Shown here in pieces: positions 52,001 to 64,000 of a stretch of 64,000 nucleotides of DNA. The stretch is from Lytechinus pictus. Taxonomy: Eukaryota. Made by a program: the position numbers and the translations under genes. Numbering within the stretch: the first letter of the stretch is position 1; every line of letters starts with the position of its first letter. The stretch covers positions 26,042,001-26,106,000 of the forward strand of contig NC_087252.1 of the NCBI RefSeq assembly GCF_037042905.1, in the 5' to 3' direction. A model generated the notes under the pieces. It did not search any database and was not told where the DNA came from. It saw only the letters and a list, made by a program, of their open reading frames with translations.

Positions 52001-55000
52001 TTTTGTCAGTGTTGATTTCAAGGTTGGTTGCTTTGGTTGAAGAATCTCTTTGGTCAGGTGACGTGAACTCCTGGTCATCATGAAAATCGTCTTGGTCCTT
52101 GAGATTGTCTGATATTGCAGATAGTCTTGCCAAAAGTTTGTCATATTCATTCTGGAAGTCTAATGAATGTGTCCTAGATTGTGGTGGGAGTGTTGTTGGC
52201 TCGGAATCCTGTACATAGGGGAAGAGTAAAAAAAGATCAAAATGAAGCATTAAGCAAGCCAGTGCTGTCCACGAGGCCGAGAAGCCAAGACCGAGGCAAA
52301 ACTGCAAAACTCTCTAAGACCTCTGAGGCCAATGACAAGGCTAAGGCCACATATTTGTCCTTGCTCAGGCGAGCCTCGAGAAGCAAATCAAGGGAAGCTC
52401 AGTGGTCATTGGCCGGTAACAACTTTTTTATTCTGAATTTATATAACATTTAATGAATCAGTTTTACAGAAAGGTATTTTTTTTATCAGATTTTTTGTCA
52501 TATTGTGAATTTTGCTGAGGATTGTTCACAAGTCATGAAAGTTATTTTTGGGTAAGGCTGGTTCAAATTAAAAGTCATTTCTGCCAAAAGTTAACTAGAT
52601 TCAAGATTCAATTGTACTTGTTTATTTGGTCTTATGGTTATTTGTATTATTATTGTTAGCATTATTTTTATCAATATTTTTTATTATCATAATCATTATC
52701 ATTAATTTTATCATTATCATTATTATCATCATTATTAATATTGTCTATATTATTATTCTCATGAACTTAATATGAATAAAAGCTTCACCCACTTCTCCTG
52801 ATTTTTTTTATATTAGTTTTACTTCAACTTACCTGATTGTGAGAATTAGGTAATGCTGAATCAGTAGCTGACTGCTTATTTTCTTCCTTAGCACTGCTAT
52901 CTTTCTGATCATTATCTTCTTTTGATTTGTTCTCTTCCTCTTTATCGTCCTGTTTCTGAGCATCAAGTACGACGGGTATTACTTCAGGATATTTCTTCAG
53001 GTATTCCATGGCCATACGAGTAGCATTTACTGTGTATCTATGCTCATCTTCAAAGCGATCAGCTGTAACAAGGAATAAGAATACAGAAATTGATAGACAA
53101 TTATGATTATCAATATATATCCTAAATGTCACAGCATTGCAAATTTGTAAACGATTGCCACTATTCAACCATTTGAGTTTCCTCTGCTTCACAATAGAGT
53201 AACAAGTCTGATTAAGTGCAAAGCTGAACTTTGTGCACTCTCTCCTTTCATCTCACTCGCAAACATTGATATTGCACACAGTCTACACTGTATGTATCAA
53301 TCAGCAAAAAATAGTACATGTAGATATGTTTATGGACTGAAAAGAGACCTGCAAATGTTACACACTTCTCTTCTTGAGTGATGGAATATTGAAATGTGTC
53401 AGCAAGTGAGGTTGTGTGTGTGAGTAACCGGTTTGTTGGCTCAATTGGTAGAGCGTCCGTCACACAACCGTGATGTCGGGAGTTAAAACCCCGGCTGCGT
53501 CAGACCAAAAGACGTTAAAAGATGGGAGTTGCTGCTACCCTGTTTGGCGTTCAACGATAGAGCCTCGTCGATCTGGCGCTGCACGGCAGCTGTCGGGCCC
53601 ACGATCAATTGGGCAAAGCAAATTTTTGGAGTATTTAATTTCATATCAATTTCGAACAATAAAATATGGATTTTCATTTTTTTCTTCTCTCTTTTCAAGC
53701 CATGTGTAATGAAGAGCTTACCATGATATGTGATATTACAAAATTCTTAGCAGACAGAATATCTTATCAAGTTCATTGGATTACCTGAAGTGTAAACAAC
53801 CTGTCCGGGTACATCCATATGTTGATTGAGAAGGCTGCCTGTGGTCACAGAGCCTGAATTGAACCTCTCTCGACAAAAATTGGTCCGACTTAGAGAGCCC
53901 TTGCTTTCACCTATAAGCAGCGAATGGTCAATTGAAGGAAAGAAAAAGAGTACAAAAAACGATTAGATGTTTTAGAAATAAAGAAATTACAAAATATTTT
54001 CAAGAATAAGAGAAAAGTTATTTTAATGATAAACACATAGTTTTTGCAATTTATACAAAGAGAATAAAATATAAAGTAATAAAATAAATTGCCTTATTAC
54101 ACAAAGTGCTAATTTAGAATAAATATGGATAATTGATGACTCTGTCACTGCCAGATCTGAAACATATTGCAAATGGAACTTAAAAATTGTCAATAGCTTT
54201 TATAATCTTGTCAGAGCTTCACTCACAAATGAATTCATGATTCCACATTTAATTAAGATTCACTTATTAGAGTAATATGTCCTTGTGTCAATAGATGTCT
54301 TTAAAATGTGACTTTCTGACCCAAAATTTACATTGTATGAAAATCATTCCCACTGCAAGTCAAGACAGAATAATGTCAAAAAAGAATAAAGTATTAAAGC
54401 AATATCATTTCTAAAGTAGTGTCTAGGAGAGCTAAAAAAAATGGTGACCTATCCAGCATATAGATCGGCTTTACAAAACAAATACTAACTCATGACCCAA
54501 AGGTGAATAAACAATTGAAGACTTTAAAGTGAATGGAAGTCCAGTTTTGAATCCATTTTAAGATTTGGTTACTAGTATGCATGTATCAATGTTTCTATGG
54601 ACTTGCTCCGTCATACTGAAGTGATTTAGTCACTATTAGCCAAAACATCATCTACATTCACAAAGTAAGAATTTATTAATCGTTCCTCCAATATCAACAA
54701 AAACATACGGTGAAACTCATTTGCTCATGCCGCCTGTTTTATGGAACAAGCTTTCAAATTCCCCGATAACAACTGATTCAGCTAACAAATACCAAACAGC
54801 CCTTAAAACCTACTTGTTTGAATTTGCCTAACCTCAACATAGTGAAATCACCAACACATCTTTTCCTCTCCTTCATTTCCTGTAGTTCATAGAGACATAT
54901 TTGTTATGTGTTATACACTACATAAAACTGACTATTATTATTAGAGATAATTCAAAGAAAAAGACATTACCTTCTCCAGTAAAACTGAAAGCTTCTGTCT

Positions 55001-58000
55001 CTTGCTCATGCCCTTCACAACCTAGTCTCCAGTAAAAGAATGCATCATTGCCATAGCCTTCTGTACTCACAGTCAATGGGGATGTGGTTGCTGAACCTGA
55101 GCTGATGATATTCTCCTGGAGAAGAGGTTGTCCATTCCTTCCATCCAAGATGTTGATCTTTGTGCGATGAAATAGAAGTGAATAATAATATGATTGAATA
55201 TATTTGGAAAGGTAATTGCTCAAGGCGCTGGAAGTTCAAGCAAATCCCAGCCATGGCATAGTTTCCTTCAGCAAGTAGTTTATCCTTATTGTGCTGCACT
55301 CAACCCAGGCGAGGTGAATTGGTACCCGGCAGGATTAATTGAGTGAATTCACCGAGCGCTGAAAGGCAGCTTGAGCTCATTACGTCAAACCCCCGTTTGG
55401 AGAAAGACCGCAGTTCAGATTGCAAACTGCGGTTCTATACCCCTTTTTCTGTTTGGAATTTGAAAAAATCATTTCCAAGCGCCGATCAACCCTGATTGGC
55501 CAGGTAATCCCGCTGTCTCAATTTCTCCTCCACAGGCCAGATTATGAGCGTTGAGCCAAGGACGAAATGATAAACAACAGCTGTGCTATTACGTAAGACT
55601 TCTCTGCCTGTAGTAGGACCTTATATTCGATATTTAATCACGTTTTCAAAGGCATATTGTATTCAGAAATCCAATTTCAGCCCATTTTCAATTTCGAACG
55701 AAGAAAATCGACCTCGAAATTAGGAAAGTAGGGGGATAAAATGACGACATGGTTTGCAGGGATGCTACCGCGCTCACACATTGCCCATAGAGCTCTATGC
55801 ATAGAGCTATTATGCTCTATGCACTGCCATATATCCATTTTGTGTAGCCCCCTACTGTGATTGCGGAGGGAAATAGGGGTATAGTGTTATCAAATGGAGG
55901 TTTTTCGTCATGTTAAGTCGGGGTAATAATAATAACTAGAGATGCTCGGCAGGTCGCACGGCCGAGCACATGTATCCCCCGAACCCACCGCGTCATCGGT
56001 CATTGCAATATATAGAGCTCACATTGAAATTTGACAAATAAATACAATTGTCATGGCGACAATGACCCTGCCCACATTTTGCCTGTGGGTACCAAATTCG
56101 ATGACAATAATATGACGTAGCAGCGTGACTCTGCCGAACCGCAAGTATTTTCCAGTATCACCTGTTGGGGAATACAATTATAGAGTAATCTGGATATATT
56201 TTGTAAACCTAACCCTAAGACCCCCACCAAACATGATAGGCATCTTCGCTTCACCATCTAATATTGCTTCTGTGTGCCAACTGTTATGACAAACTGGAAA
56301 AAAGCAGAAGTTACAGGTTCTACCCAATTTTCCACAAAAATATGGTTACCATGGCAACCATGTCTCCTCCCACTCCAAAATCATTAGGCGGCTTTGCTTT
56401 ACCATAATGGACCTTCATGACAAATTTGAAGATAATTGGAGAAGAAATGCAGCCAGTAGAGCACTCACAAGAAAATCTCTGCTATTTCCACAAAAACTCG
56501 TTACCATGGCAACGATGTCTCCGCCCAAACCAAAATCAATAGGCGGCTTTGCTGAATTGACCTTCATGCCACATTTGAAGATGATCGGAGAAGAAATGCA
56601 GCTGGTAGAGCACTCACAAGGACATCTCTGCTATTTCCACAAAAACTCATTACCATGGCAACAATGTCTCCGCCCACACCAAAATCTACAGGCGGCTTTG
56701 CTTAACCACAATGGACCTTCATGCCACATTTGAAGATGATCGGAGAAGAAATGCAGCTGGTAGAGCACTCACAAGGACATCTCTGCTATTTCCACAAAAA
56801 CTCATTACCATGGCAATGATTTCTCCGCTCACACCAAAATCAATAGGCGGCTTTGCCTTACCATAATTGATCTTCATGCCACATTCAAAGATAATTGGAG
56901 AAGAAATGCAGCTGGTAGAGCGCTCACAAGGACATCTTTACTATTTCCACAAAAACTCTTGTTACCATGGCACCGATGTCTCCGCCCACACCAAAATCAA
57001 TAGGCGGCTTTGCCTTACCATAATGGACCTTCATGTCACATTCAAAGATGATCGCAGAAGAAATGCAGCTGGTAGAGCGCTCACAAAACATCTCTACTCT
57101 TTCCACAAAAACTCCTGTTACCATGGCAACAATGTCTCTGCCCACACCCAAATTGATAGGCGGCTTTGCTATACCATATATAACCTCCATGCCAAATTTG
57201 AAGATGATCGGAAAAGAAATGCAGCTGATAGAGCGCTCACAAGGAAATCTCTCCGGCGGCAGCGGACGCGGCGCGACGAGGCCAAATCCATAGTATCCTC
57301 CGAACTCTGTTCGGGGGATACAATAATGTGCCTCAGAATAGAATACTTCTGGATAGATGGCGCTATATAAATGCCTATTATTATTTTATTGTTATTAAAG
57401 TAAAACTAATCATAAATCACTGTTACATAATAATGAATAAGAATTTTTTTATAAAAATCAATTAATTACAAATAAGTTTAAGAGTGAGAATTTTCCTGAC
57501 AATGCCCAAATACTGTAGCAGCTCTTACTGATTGCCATTATACATTCTACGCACAACAGAGCTACATGTACTAATAACAATATCAATATACTTTTGGACA
57601 AATTGCTGTCATCATATCAAATCTTTAATGAATTATCATTTTTTTACCTGCACATAGTAGTAGAGAGGGTAGCCGGGTCCATAGTTATAGACAACCATGA
57701 AGTCAGGCACATCATCATCATTGTAGAAACCAGCAGCTGGTGTACTGAAATAATTAAATATAAATATGTAGACTTATATTATTTTTGCAGTGAGCGATAG
57801 GGAGCACGTCCTTTCAAATAGCCGAGATCATTTTGTGAGTGGTAAATACCACACGCGCTTCAACGCTAGGGAAGGCACTAGATATTGCTTTCTTAATTTG
57901 CGTCTCATCGATTTTATTTATTTGTGGCTTAAACAGAAGAGATACAGTTAATCTTGTAATCTATATCTCTCATAGTTCTCTACACCTATGTACCTATGTA

Positions 58001-59928
58001 GCTAACAATTAATTTACTGAAGATGTACACTTGATATGGGAGATTGCTTGTATCTCTACGTATGTGTTTCACGGCAGTAGATTTTCTTATTCTTGTACAA
58101 AGTAGCTCATATACTAGCCTGTTTTTCAGCAAAAAAAAAAAATGCGGTGTCATGCAGGGATGATCCTTGGATAAATTTCTACACACTTTAACCAACATAT
58201 TTAATAAACAAATACCATTACCAATCCATGTGCAATTTATAATAATAATAATATTCCGCATTTATATAGCGCTTAATACATCGGAACGACGTCTCTAAGC
58301 GCTTTACAGACATATTATTACCCCGGTCATCGGATCCTTGCATGCCCGCATACAATGTATGCACCTTCTCCACTCCCTGGGGAGCATTCCAACAAGAGTT
58401 CCAAGACTCAATTGCTAGGCATACTACATATAGGCTTTCACATCCTACCGGGTACCCATTTAACACCTGGGTGGAGAGTGGCAAAGTGTGGATTAACGCC
58501 TTGCCAAAGGACGCTAGGCCATGGTGGGATTCGAACACATGACCCTCTGATTATAAGGCGAGAGTCAGAACCGCTGCACCACGACGCTTCCACCTACGTA
58601 AAGCAAATCGGTAACCAGTGGGAAGAATGTTATTTAATGCTGAAGAACCTGATCAGACGGTAGACATGTTGAAGCCTGTATCATATAGTATGCACCAATT
58701 ACAAACATTGTATTAAGCTATACATAAACAATACATACTATTGATATTACTTACATTCTGTTGTTTAAATTGATGTCTTTGTAAATGCTGAAATCTTGTT
58801 CTACACCTATTTCACACACTATGCAACACTTCCAAGCTCTTACCTGTATGATTCTGAAGAAGGCATGGAATAATTCCAAAGCTGCTCATATGTCTGACCA
58901 TTGAACGCTATAACGGTTGAATTGAACATGGACATGACAATGTCTTTGACCCTATCGCCAGTGAGGTCAACGAGGACAGGGGGCGTCATCACACCCTTGA
59001 AGGGGTCAGTATAGATGACCTTTGCCTGTTGAGGGAAGAGAAAGCACAACAACCAATCGCCTCTGAATACTATGATTTGAATATAATTTTACAATGACCA
59101 CCTGGTTCAAGGAACCAATGGGATTTCAGCAGTCAATGGTTGTCAAAAAAATTCTTAAAATCTCTTAGCAGCTGTCTAAACTAAATTGTAGACTTTTCTA
59201 CCATTTATTCTTTGATTCAACAAAATCTGCTAAAAACACAGGGTTATTTGAACCAATTTAGGCAATTTTTGCCATTGCGTCTGCAGTTAAAAACTGGCAT
59301 GAATAGGTACGTCAAGAATAGTTTTTTTCTTTTTCAACATTTGTCTGACAGATTGTCAGTTCTAAACCCTATATACAGTTTTGTTTACCAGAGAAGCATA
59401 GATGTCCTACTGATACTATGGTAACAGTTGCATTATGACAACTTGTCAGTGCCAATGGTCTACATGACCATAATTACTTGAAATTATCACCCTTTTTCAT
59501 TCTTGGTGTTACTTTATGTTTTGACTTCCTACTAGTAATTATATGATATTAGCATATGTGGTACAAAAGTAAATTCACCTTTTAATACATCAAACAATTC
59601 ATTCACGATGTTATGTTCATATTGCTAAAATTACCACATGCAGGCAAGGATAAGAAAAGTATACATGGAAATTATTCAGTACTCAAAAATACAAAGTTGA
59701 GAGTCTATGTATTGTAAATTAGGAGGGGATTATTTTTTTTACTTCAGGATAATTACTACAAGATATTGCCCTTCAAGATAATCATACTTGTAGATATCAT
59801 AATCAACATACCTGCGTCATGTTACAAATAATGATGTCATCGAGAGGTATAGCCCACAGGGAGCCTCCCACTGTCTCTCCCCCAGTTCCGAATAGAACCA
59901 TGGCTTTCCCACCATGCTGGTAGAAAAT
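48816..59928 (-). CDS. FAM234/FG-GAP-like beta-propeller protein, 3' ten coding exons (5' exons lie beyond the window): 59928-59812, 59025-58844, 57744-57648, 55157-54971, 53910-53785, 53062-52833, 52208-51456, 50572-50500, 49703-49638, 49075-48816
   Basis: All introns GT-AG with compatible phases and one continuous frame; VLFGTGGETVGGSLWAI, KGVMTPPVLVDLTGDRVKDIV, TPAAGFYNDDDVPDF, IQRLISTGTLAP, C-terminal QEWGAYMGTYGNS. Confidence 0.88.
49221..49425. mobile_element. Palindromic MITE in an intron
   Basis: CAAAGATTTAAGTATGACTTA...GCGCTTAAATGC inverted to GCATTTAAGCGCG...TAAGTCATGCTTAAATCTTTG. Confidence 0.7.
49638..49703 (-). CDS. FAM234-like exon NEYYGLDHDAYEHLGSDHCRKL
   Basis: TTTCAG / GTAAGT, phase 1-1. 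Confidence 0.82.
50500..50572 (-). CDS. FAM234-like exon IITATEQKCLDDWTNNEQQRMDPS
   Basis: TTTTAG / GTGAGT, phase 0-1. Confidence 0.8.
50780..50937. mobile_element. Palindromic Harbinger-like MITE in an intron
   Basis: GGGCTCCGTAACACAAAGCTTAGCGAT ... ATCGCTAATCTTTGTGTCATGGAGCTC. Confidence 0.7.
51456..52208 (-). CDS. FAM234-like large exon: acidic insert, RSRR, then HAGLHDAGGIQRLISTGTLAP
   Basis: GTACAG / GTGAG, 753 bp, phase 0-0. Confidence 0.88.
52833..53062 (-). CDS. FAM234-like exon DRFEDEHRYTVNATRMAMEYL...SHNQ
   Basis: TTACAG / GTAAGT, phase 1-0. Confidence 0.85.
53427..53690 (+). mobile_element. tRNA-derived SINE
   Basis: TGGCTCAATTGGTAGAGCG (A box), GGGAGTTAAAACCCC (B box), non-tRNA body, AATAAA and T-rich end. 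Confidence 0.8.
53785..53910 (-). CDS. FAM234-like exon ESKGSLSRTNFCRERFNSG...VYTS
   Basis: TATAG / GTAATC, phase 1-1. Confidence 0.85.
54971..55157 (-). CDS. FAM234-like exon INILDGRNG...FSFTGE
   Basis: AAG acceptor (weak), GTAATG donor, phase 0-1. Confidence 0.82.
55378..55912. mobile_element. TIR element nested in the SINE
   Basis: CATTACGTCAAACCCCCGTTTG ... CAAATGGAGGTTTTTCGTCATG imperfect inverted ends. Confidence 0.55.
55934..57323. mobile_element. HINE/DINE-like element with about six 155-bp tandem repeats
   Basis: Subterminal GTATCCCCCGAAC (55972), terminal hairpin GTATCCTCCGAACTCTGTTCGGGGGATAC (57293-57321), GTTACCATGGCAAC-type repeats about every 155 bp. Confidence 0.85.
57648..57744 (-). 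CDS. FAM234-like exon TPAAGFYNDDDVPDFMVVYNYGPGYPLYYYVQ
   Basis: TTTCAG / GTAAAA, phase 2-0. Confidence 0.88.
58238..58592 (-). mobile_element. Full-length tRNA-derived SINE
   Basis: Minus strand GTGGTGCAGCGGTT (A box), GTGTTCGAATCCC (B box), CCACCCAGGTGTTAAATGGGTACCCGG core, (TTA)n tail. Confidence 0.88.
58844..59025 (-). CDS. FAM234-like exon with FG-GAP-type DLTGDRVKD loop
   Basis: CAACAG / GTAAG, phase 0-2. Confidence 0.9.
59812..59928 (-). CDS. FAM234-like exon IFYQHGGKAMVLFGTGGETVGGSLWAIPLDDIIICNMTQ
   Basis: TTGTAG / GTATGT, phase 0-0; frame not in the ORF track. Confidence 0.85.
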
Positions 59929-61145
59929 CTACAAAAGAACAAAAACAGAAATATTAAAAGGAGAAGATGAGGTGGAGTACTAGGGTCGAGGATGGGGGGG
60001 GGGGCAGGGGGAGGATGGGTGTGGAGGAAGGGGGACAGGAAGGAGGACAACAAATGTTAATATGAGAGTATGGGGGGGGAATACAAGGAGGAAGAGGGGT
60101 AGTAGTACAGGGCAGGGCGATAAAGAAGGGGAGCCACGACAGGGACAGAGACAGGAACATATTAACAGGAGAGTATGAGGGGAAGTATATAGGGGGATAG
60201 GGAGAGGGGCAAGAAGTAAGGGCAGGGTAGTAGCAGGGGCGAGAAGGGAGGGGATCAAGAAACCAGCGCAGGGACAGGGAAAGGGATGAGATTGGGAATA
60301 ACAATAATAATGATAATAATACTTAGTAATTATACAGCGCTTTTCCCAAAAGGCCAAAAGTGCTTACAATGAAAATATTTAAAATAAATTATATAATGCT
60401 AAAACTATGAAACCCTAGAATGAGGGCATTAGAAGAGTGGGTGTAGGGGCATGGGCAGGAACAGGGGCGAGAGGGGAGGGTTGGGATAGCAGCAGGGACA
60501 AGAAAATATTAATTGTAGGAAGAGAGGCAACGATGATCACAATATGCAAACAAGCCTGTATGATATCACAATATGGCATGTCATATGCAAGCTAAATTCT
60601 TGCCATGCATTAACGAGTTCAAGGTTAAATACATTTACAGTAATGTATGAATGAACACAAATAAACAGACATGAAGAGTAAATAAATTGCAAAAGCTCCT
60701 ACACATTTTCAGATAGAAAATTTACTACAAAAACAGAAGATGAAGCTTTAAAACTCACCTCGCACCCCTGGCACAAGCAAGTAAAAAAGTTTTGAACCGT
60801 GCTAGAAAGATCAGATATAATGTGTTCACAGTATGGAACAAGGTGTGAAGTCAATGTCACACTCTTATTGGAGCATTTGAACAGCGTGAATCACAATTTT
60901 CACATGGTTCAGGATGTGAACACACTGTTAAAATCCACATTGTGAAACCATCACCTCACTTTTTAATCTGAGCATTTAAACAGGATGTATGACATCTTCA
61001 TATAATCCATGATGTGAGCACAATGTGTGAACACTCCACTGAGGTGTCCACTGTGAAGAATGTTCTTTACATTACAACTTTAGAGCATTTTAATCATGTC
61101 AACGACATCCTCATGTAATCCACTATATGTGAACACACTGTGAAG

Positions 61146-63486
61146 CATCGGCGGATCCAGGGGGGTGGCGCAGGGGGCGCGCGCCCCCCCTAATATTTGA
61201 GCGGCGCCGCTCAAAAAAAAAAGTAAAAGAAAGAAAAGGCGCCGCTTGAAAAAATAAAAATAAAGGAAAGAAAAGAAAACTACATTATCCCCAACAACTT
61301 CGCCGGTAGCAGTGCGCTGCCTGCATATAACTGGTGCCAATGAAGAATAATCAGCGCCACCTAAATCTAAATCGGCGCCGGGCAAGAATAATCAGCACTA
61401 TTTGGTTATAAATCGGCGCCAGTCAAGAAAAATCGGCACTGCCAGAGTCTTAACCGGCGTCAATCAAGGATAATCAGCGCCACCTAAATCTAAATCGGCG
61501 CCGGACAAGAATAATCGGCGCCATCTGTTTATAAATCGGCGCCGGTAAAGAAAAATCGACGCTGCCTTAGTTCTTAAGCGGCGCCGATCAAGAATAATCA
61601 GCTCCACCTAAATCCAAATCGGCGCCAGTCAAGAATAATCGGCGCCTCCTGGTTCTAAATCGGCGCCAGTCGATTATGAATTGCCGCTGCCTGAATCTTA
61701 CGTGACGTCTGTAAAAATATAAACAACACTATTTGTTTAAATTGGCGCCGGTCAAGACAAATCGGCGCTGCCTTTGTCTTAACCGGCGCCACCTAAATTT
61801 AAATCGGCGCCGGTCAAAAATGATCAGCGTCCCCTGGTTCCAATAAATAGGCGCCGGTAGAATAATGAAGAAGGGCCTATTGCCAACCAAATCTAGATCG
61901 GCGCCGGTCAAGAATGATCAGCGGCACCTAGCTGGTTATACATTTTATTGTTGAATGGTCATAACGAATAACAAAGCTTATCGCATGCCCTGACAGAGTG
62001 GACTGGGGCGGGACAGTTGCCCACAGATGTCATGAAATCTTTAATTTGTTATTTTAAGAAATCCCAGAATCATACAAAAGTGTAGAGCAAATCCTTTAAT
62101 TTTGATCTTATTTTCCAATGCTTTAGTAAAAAAAGGTCAGTCACTTTTCTTCTTTACACATTCCACATTGTGCCACCTCTATGGCCTTTAGTGTAAGACA
62201 GCTATTCTAGTGTTTTATGAAGATGATTCGATATTTTAGTCCAAAACGTTGCTTATACCGGGAGTGTATAATTACGCAACCATACAGACGTATATTCGTT
62301 AGACCTTAAACCACTAAATCTCATTTTAAATGTATAAATACAGTTTGTCAATACCTTTGTTTTAACGTTTAAATGTTTACGACACAAAATTTGATTTATT
62401 TTCATCTTACATTAAGTTAAATATTATTCATCTGATCACTCAGGTAGAAGTTTAAAACAAAGATAATGATACCCATAAAACTGGAGAACTTTTTCCAAAG
62501 CTCTGTCTTGAAAGATCTCTTTCTGAATTCAGCTCATAAGCATTATATCCAGTTTCATCAAAGTAATTAGATAAACATTACTCATCATTACAAATTGCAT
62601 TAGATTTAGTGAAAAGCATCACAATATATAATTCTGTATATAGGCCTAAACATCATGTACATGAAAATTGAATGATAATATATAAACCTGGATTGATGAT
62701 GTATTACAAATGATTCATGATGACTTGTAGTATCATTGTATATGCAGTGGCGTCGATCCGGGGGGGGGGGGGGCAGGGAGCGATCGCCCTACCAATGAAA
62801 ATATTGGGTTTGTGTGGCAAACATATCGTTTTGCCCTCCCCCAATAGTTCCGCATGTGCAAAAATAAAATAAGATGGTAATGTGACACATAAATCAGCAA
62901 GTGAGATAGAGCTACACAACTCGTTCTTTATTCAAAATCGTGCAAATTGTCCGCTTTTCAGATTGGAATATAAAAATGTTCAGCTCGCACTTCGCGCTCG
63001 CATCATTTCTGTAGCAAAACCCCATACTTTTCATGATTAAATATATGTGAATAGAATGTCCCGTTTTCAGTTCTAATCAAAATAACTCCCGCTTCGATCT
63101 GCAATAATCTTTTGTTGGATATAATCTTGTTCTCTATTAAAATCGTCCATTAAACTGTCATTTTTTCAGATCGAAATATCAAAATTTTAAGCTCGCGCTT
63201 TGCGCTCGCATTTATTGTTTTTTTTCGATACCCATCTTAATCATTGGTACCAAAATGCTTAGAATATAAACCTTTCTGGTCAGAATATAAAGAAATTTTA
63301 GCTCGCCCTCGGCACTCGCATTATCTGTGTAGTGAGATATGTATCCTCCTCACGAGTTGCTACAAACAGTCCTAAACAGGCACCTTTTTCCTTTTTTCAG
63401 GTCAGTATACTATAAGAATTTCAGCTCGCGCTTCGCGCTCGCATTAATTTGTTGGTGAGATATGTGTCTCCATCTCATGAGTCATA

Positions 63487-63517
<31 letters not shown>

Positions 63518-63637
63518 ATATAATTATATATGTACACCTTTTTCAACATTTTCTTTTATGGCGCCGGTGAAGTGCAAAAATTTGTGCGCCGCTCGGCAGT
63601 GCGCCCCCCCTTTCGCAAAAAGCTGGATCCGCCTATG
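61146..63637. mobile_element. TIR element (CATCGGCGGATCCAG...CTGGATCCGCCTATG) with internal AATCGGCGCC minisatellite and CGCGCTCGC-family segment
   Basis: 15-bp TIR with 1 mismatch; GTGAAG on both sides (61140-61145, 63638-63643); array at 61340-61930; second TIR-like start CAGTGGCGTCGATCC at 62745. Confidence 0.8.
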
Positions 63638-63683
63638 GTGAAGATCCAGACTGGTGACGTGTCCACAGTGTAAAATCACCATC

Positions 63684-64000
63684 TTAAGGCCCGAGCGTTG
63701 TTGGAGCGGTCGTGGAGCGGAGAGAAAAATCATCACCGCTCGCTACCGTTCACCACCGTTTAACCAAAGTTGGCCTCCGTTAAGGCAACGCCGAATACGC
63801 TCGGCCACTGCTGATGGTCCCTCCTACCGCTCCGAAAGTTTTGAGCTGCTCAAAATATTGCGAGCGGTGAGGAGCGGGCAATTTTCCGCTCGAGCAAAGT
63901 TGACTACCGCTCTAACAACGCCCAGTCAAAGTTTGGCACCGCTAGACGTAAGTTCGTGAACGCTTAGGTCCGCTAGGCCAACGAAGAAATCTTGAATGCT
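63684..64000. mobile_element. Probable left end of another GC-rich non-autonomous element, cut by the window edge
   Basis: TTAAGGCCCGAGCGTTG start, repeated GAGCGG/CCGCTC inverted motifs. Confidence 0.45.

Larger units (their letters stand above)
55225..57395 (+). mobile_element. SINE interrupted by two insertions (about 55378-55912 and 55934-57323)
   Basis: Head and core at 55225-55377, GGGGTAATAAT at 55919-55933, tail GGCGCTATATAAATGCCTATTATTATT at 57359-57385; compare uninterrupted copies at 21105 and 58238. Confidence 0.7.

Noticed and set aside
51045..52410. Short repeat-like pieces (TTGCTTAAT / ATTAAGCAA) flanking the large FAM234-like exon, suggesting exon capture
   Set aside because: Similarity limited to about 9 bp, and the exon contains family-typical sequence in frame
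53427..53500. tRNA-like sequences (also 11535-11607 and 58520-58592)
   Set aside because: No complete acceptor stem; they continue into SINE bodies and tails, so they are SINE heads rather than tRNA genes
56407..57370. ORFs of 86-167 aa with repeated peptides
   Set aside because: Chance frames through the 155-bp satellite of a non-autonomous element
60759..60801. Candidate 43-bp minus-strand exon with good AG/GTGAGT signals
   Set aside because: The frame compatible with the next exon (TVQNFFTCLCQGCE) shows no resemblance to the family; unsupported without RNA data

Overview
AT-rich, intron-containing animal genomic DNA. The repeat families and genes suggest an echinoderm such as a sea urchin (inference, not verified). 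Two host genes lie on the minus strand. One is the 3' part (10 coding exons, 59928->48816) of a FAM234/FG-GAP-like beta-propeller protein with a large acidic insert ending in RSRR. The other is three phase-compatible exons (37292->35397) of a two-Ig-domain single-pass membrane protein whose cytoplasmic part I cannot find in the window. Most of the rest is transposon-derived: a decayed Tx1/L1-type LINE, a near full-length decayed CR1/L2-type LINE, several LINE fragments, tRNA-derived SINEs, three Helentron-associated (HINE/DINE-like) satellite-bearing elements, and many MITEs nested up to three levels deep. The most striking structure is a 4.2-kb almost perfect non-coding palindrome (3349-7553) with a target-site duplication, built from palindromic tandem repeats, i.e. 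a foldback-type element. There is also an apparently identical 2380-bp tandem duplication (13337-18098). No prokaryotic systems, CRISPR arrays or intact transposase genes were seen. All coordinates and comparisons were made by eye and boundaries may be off by a few bases.
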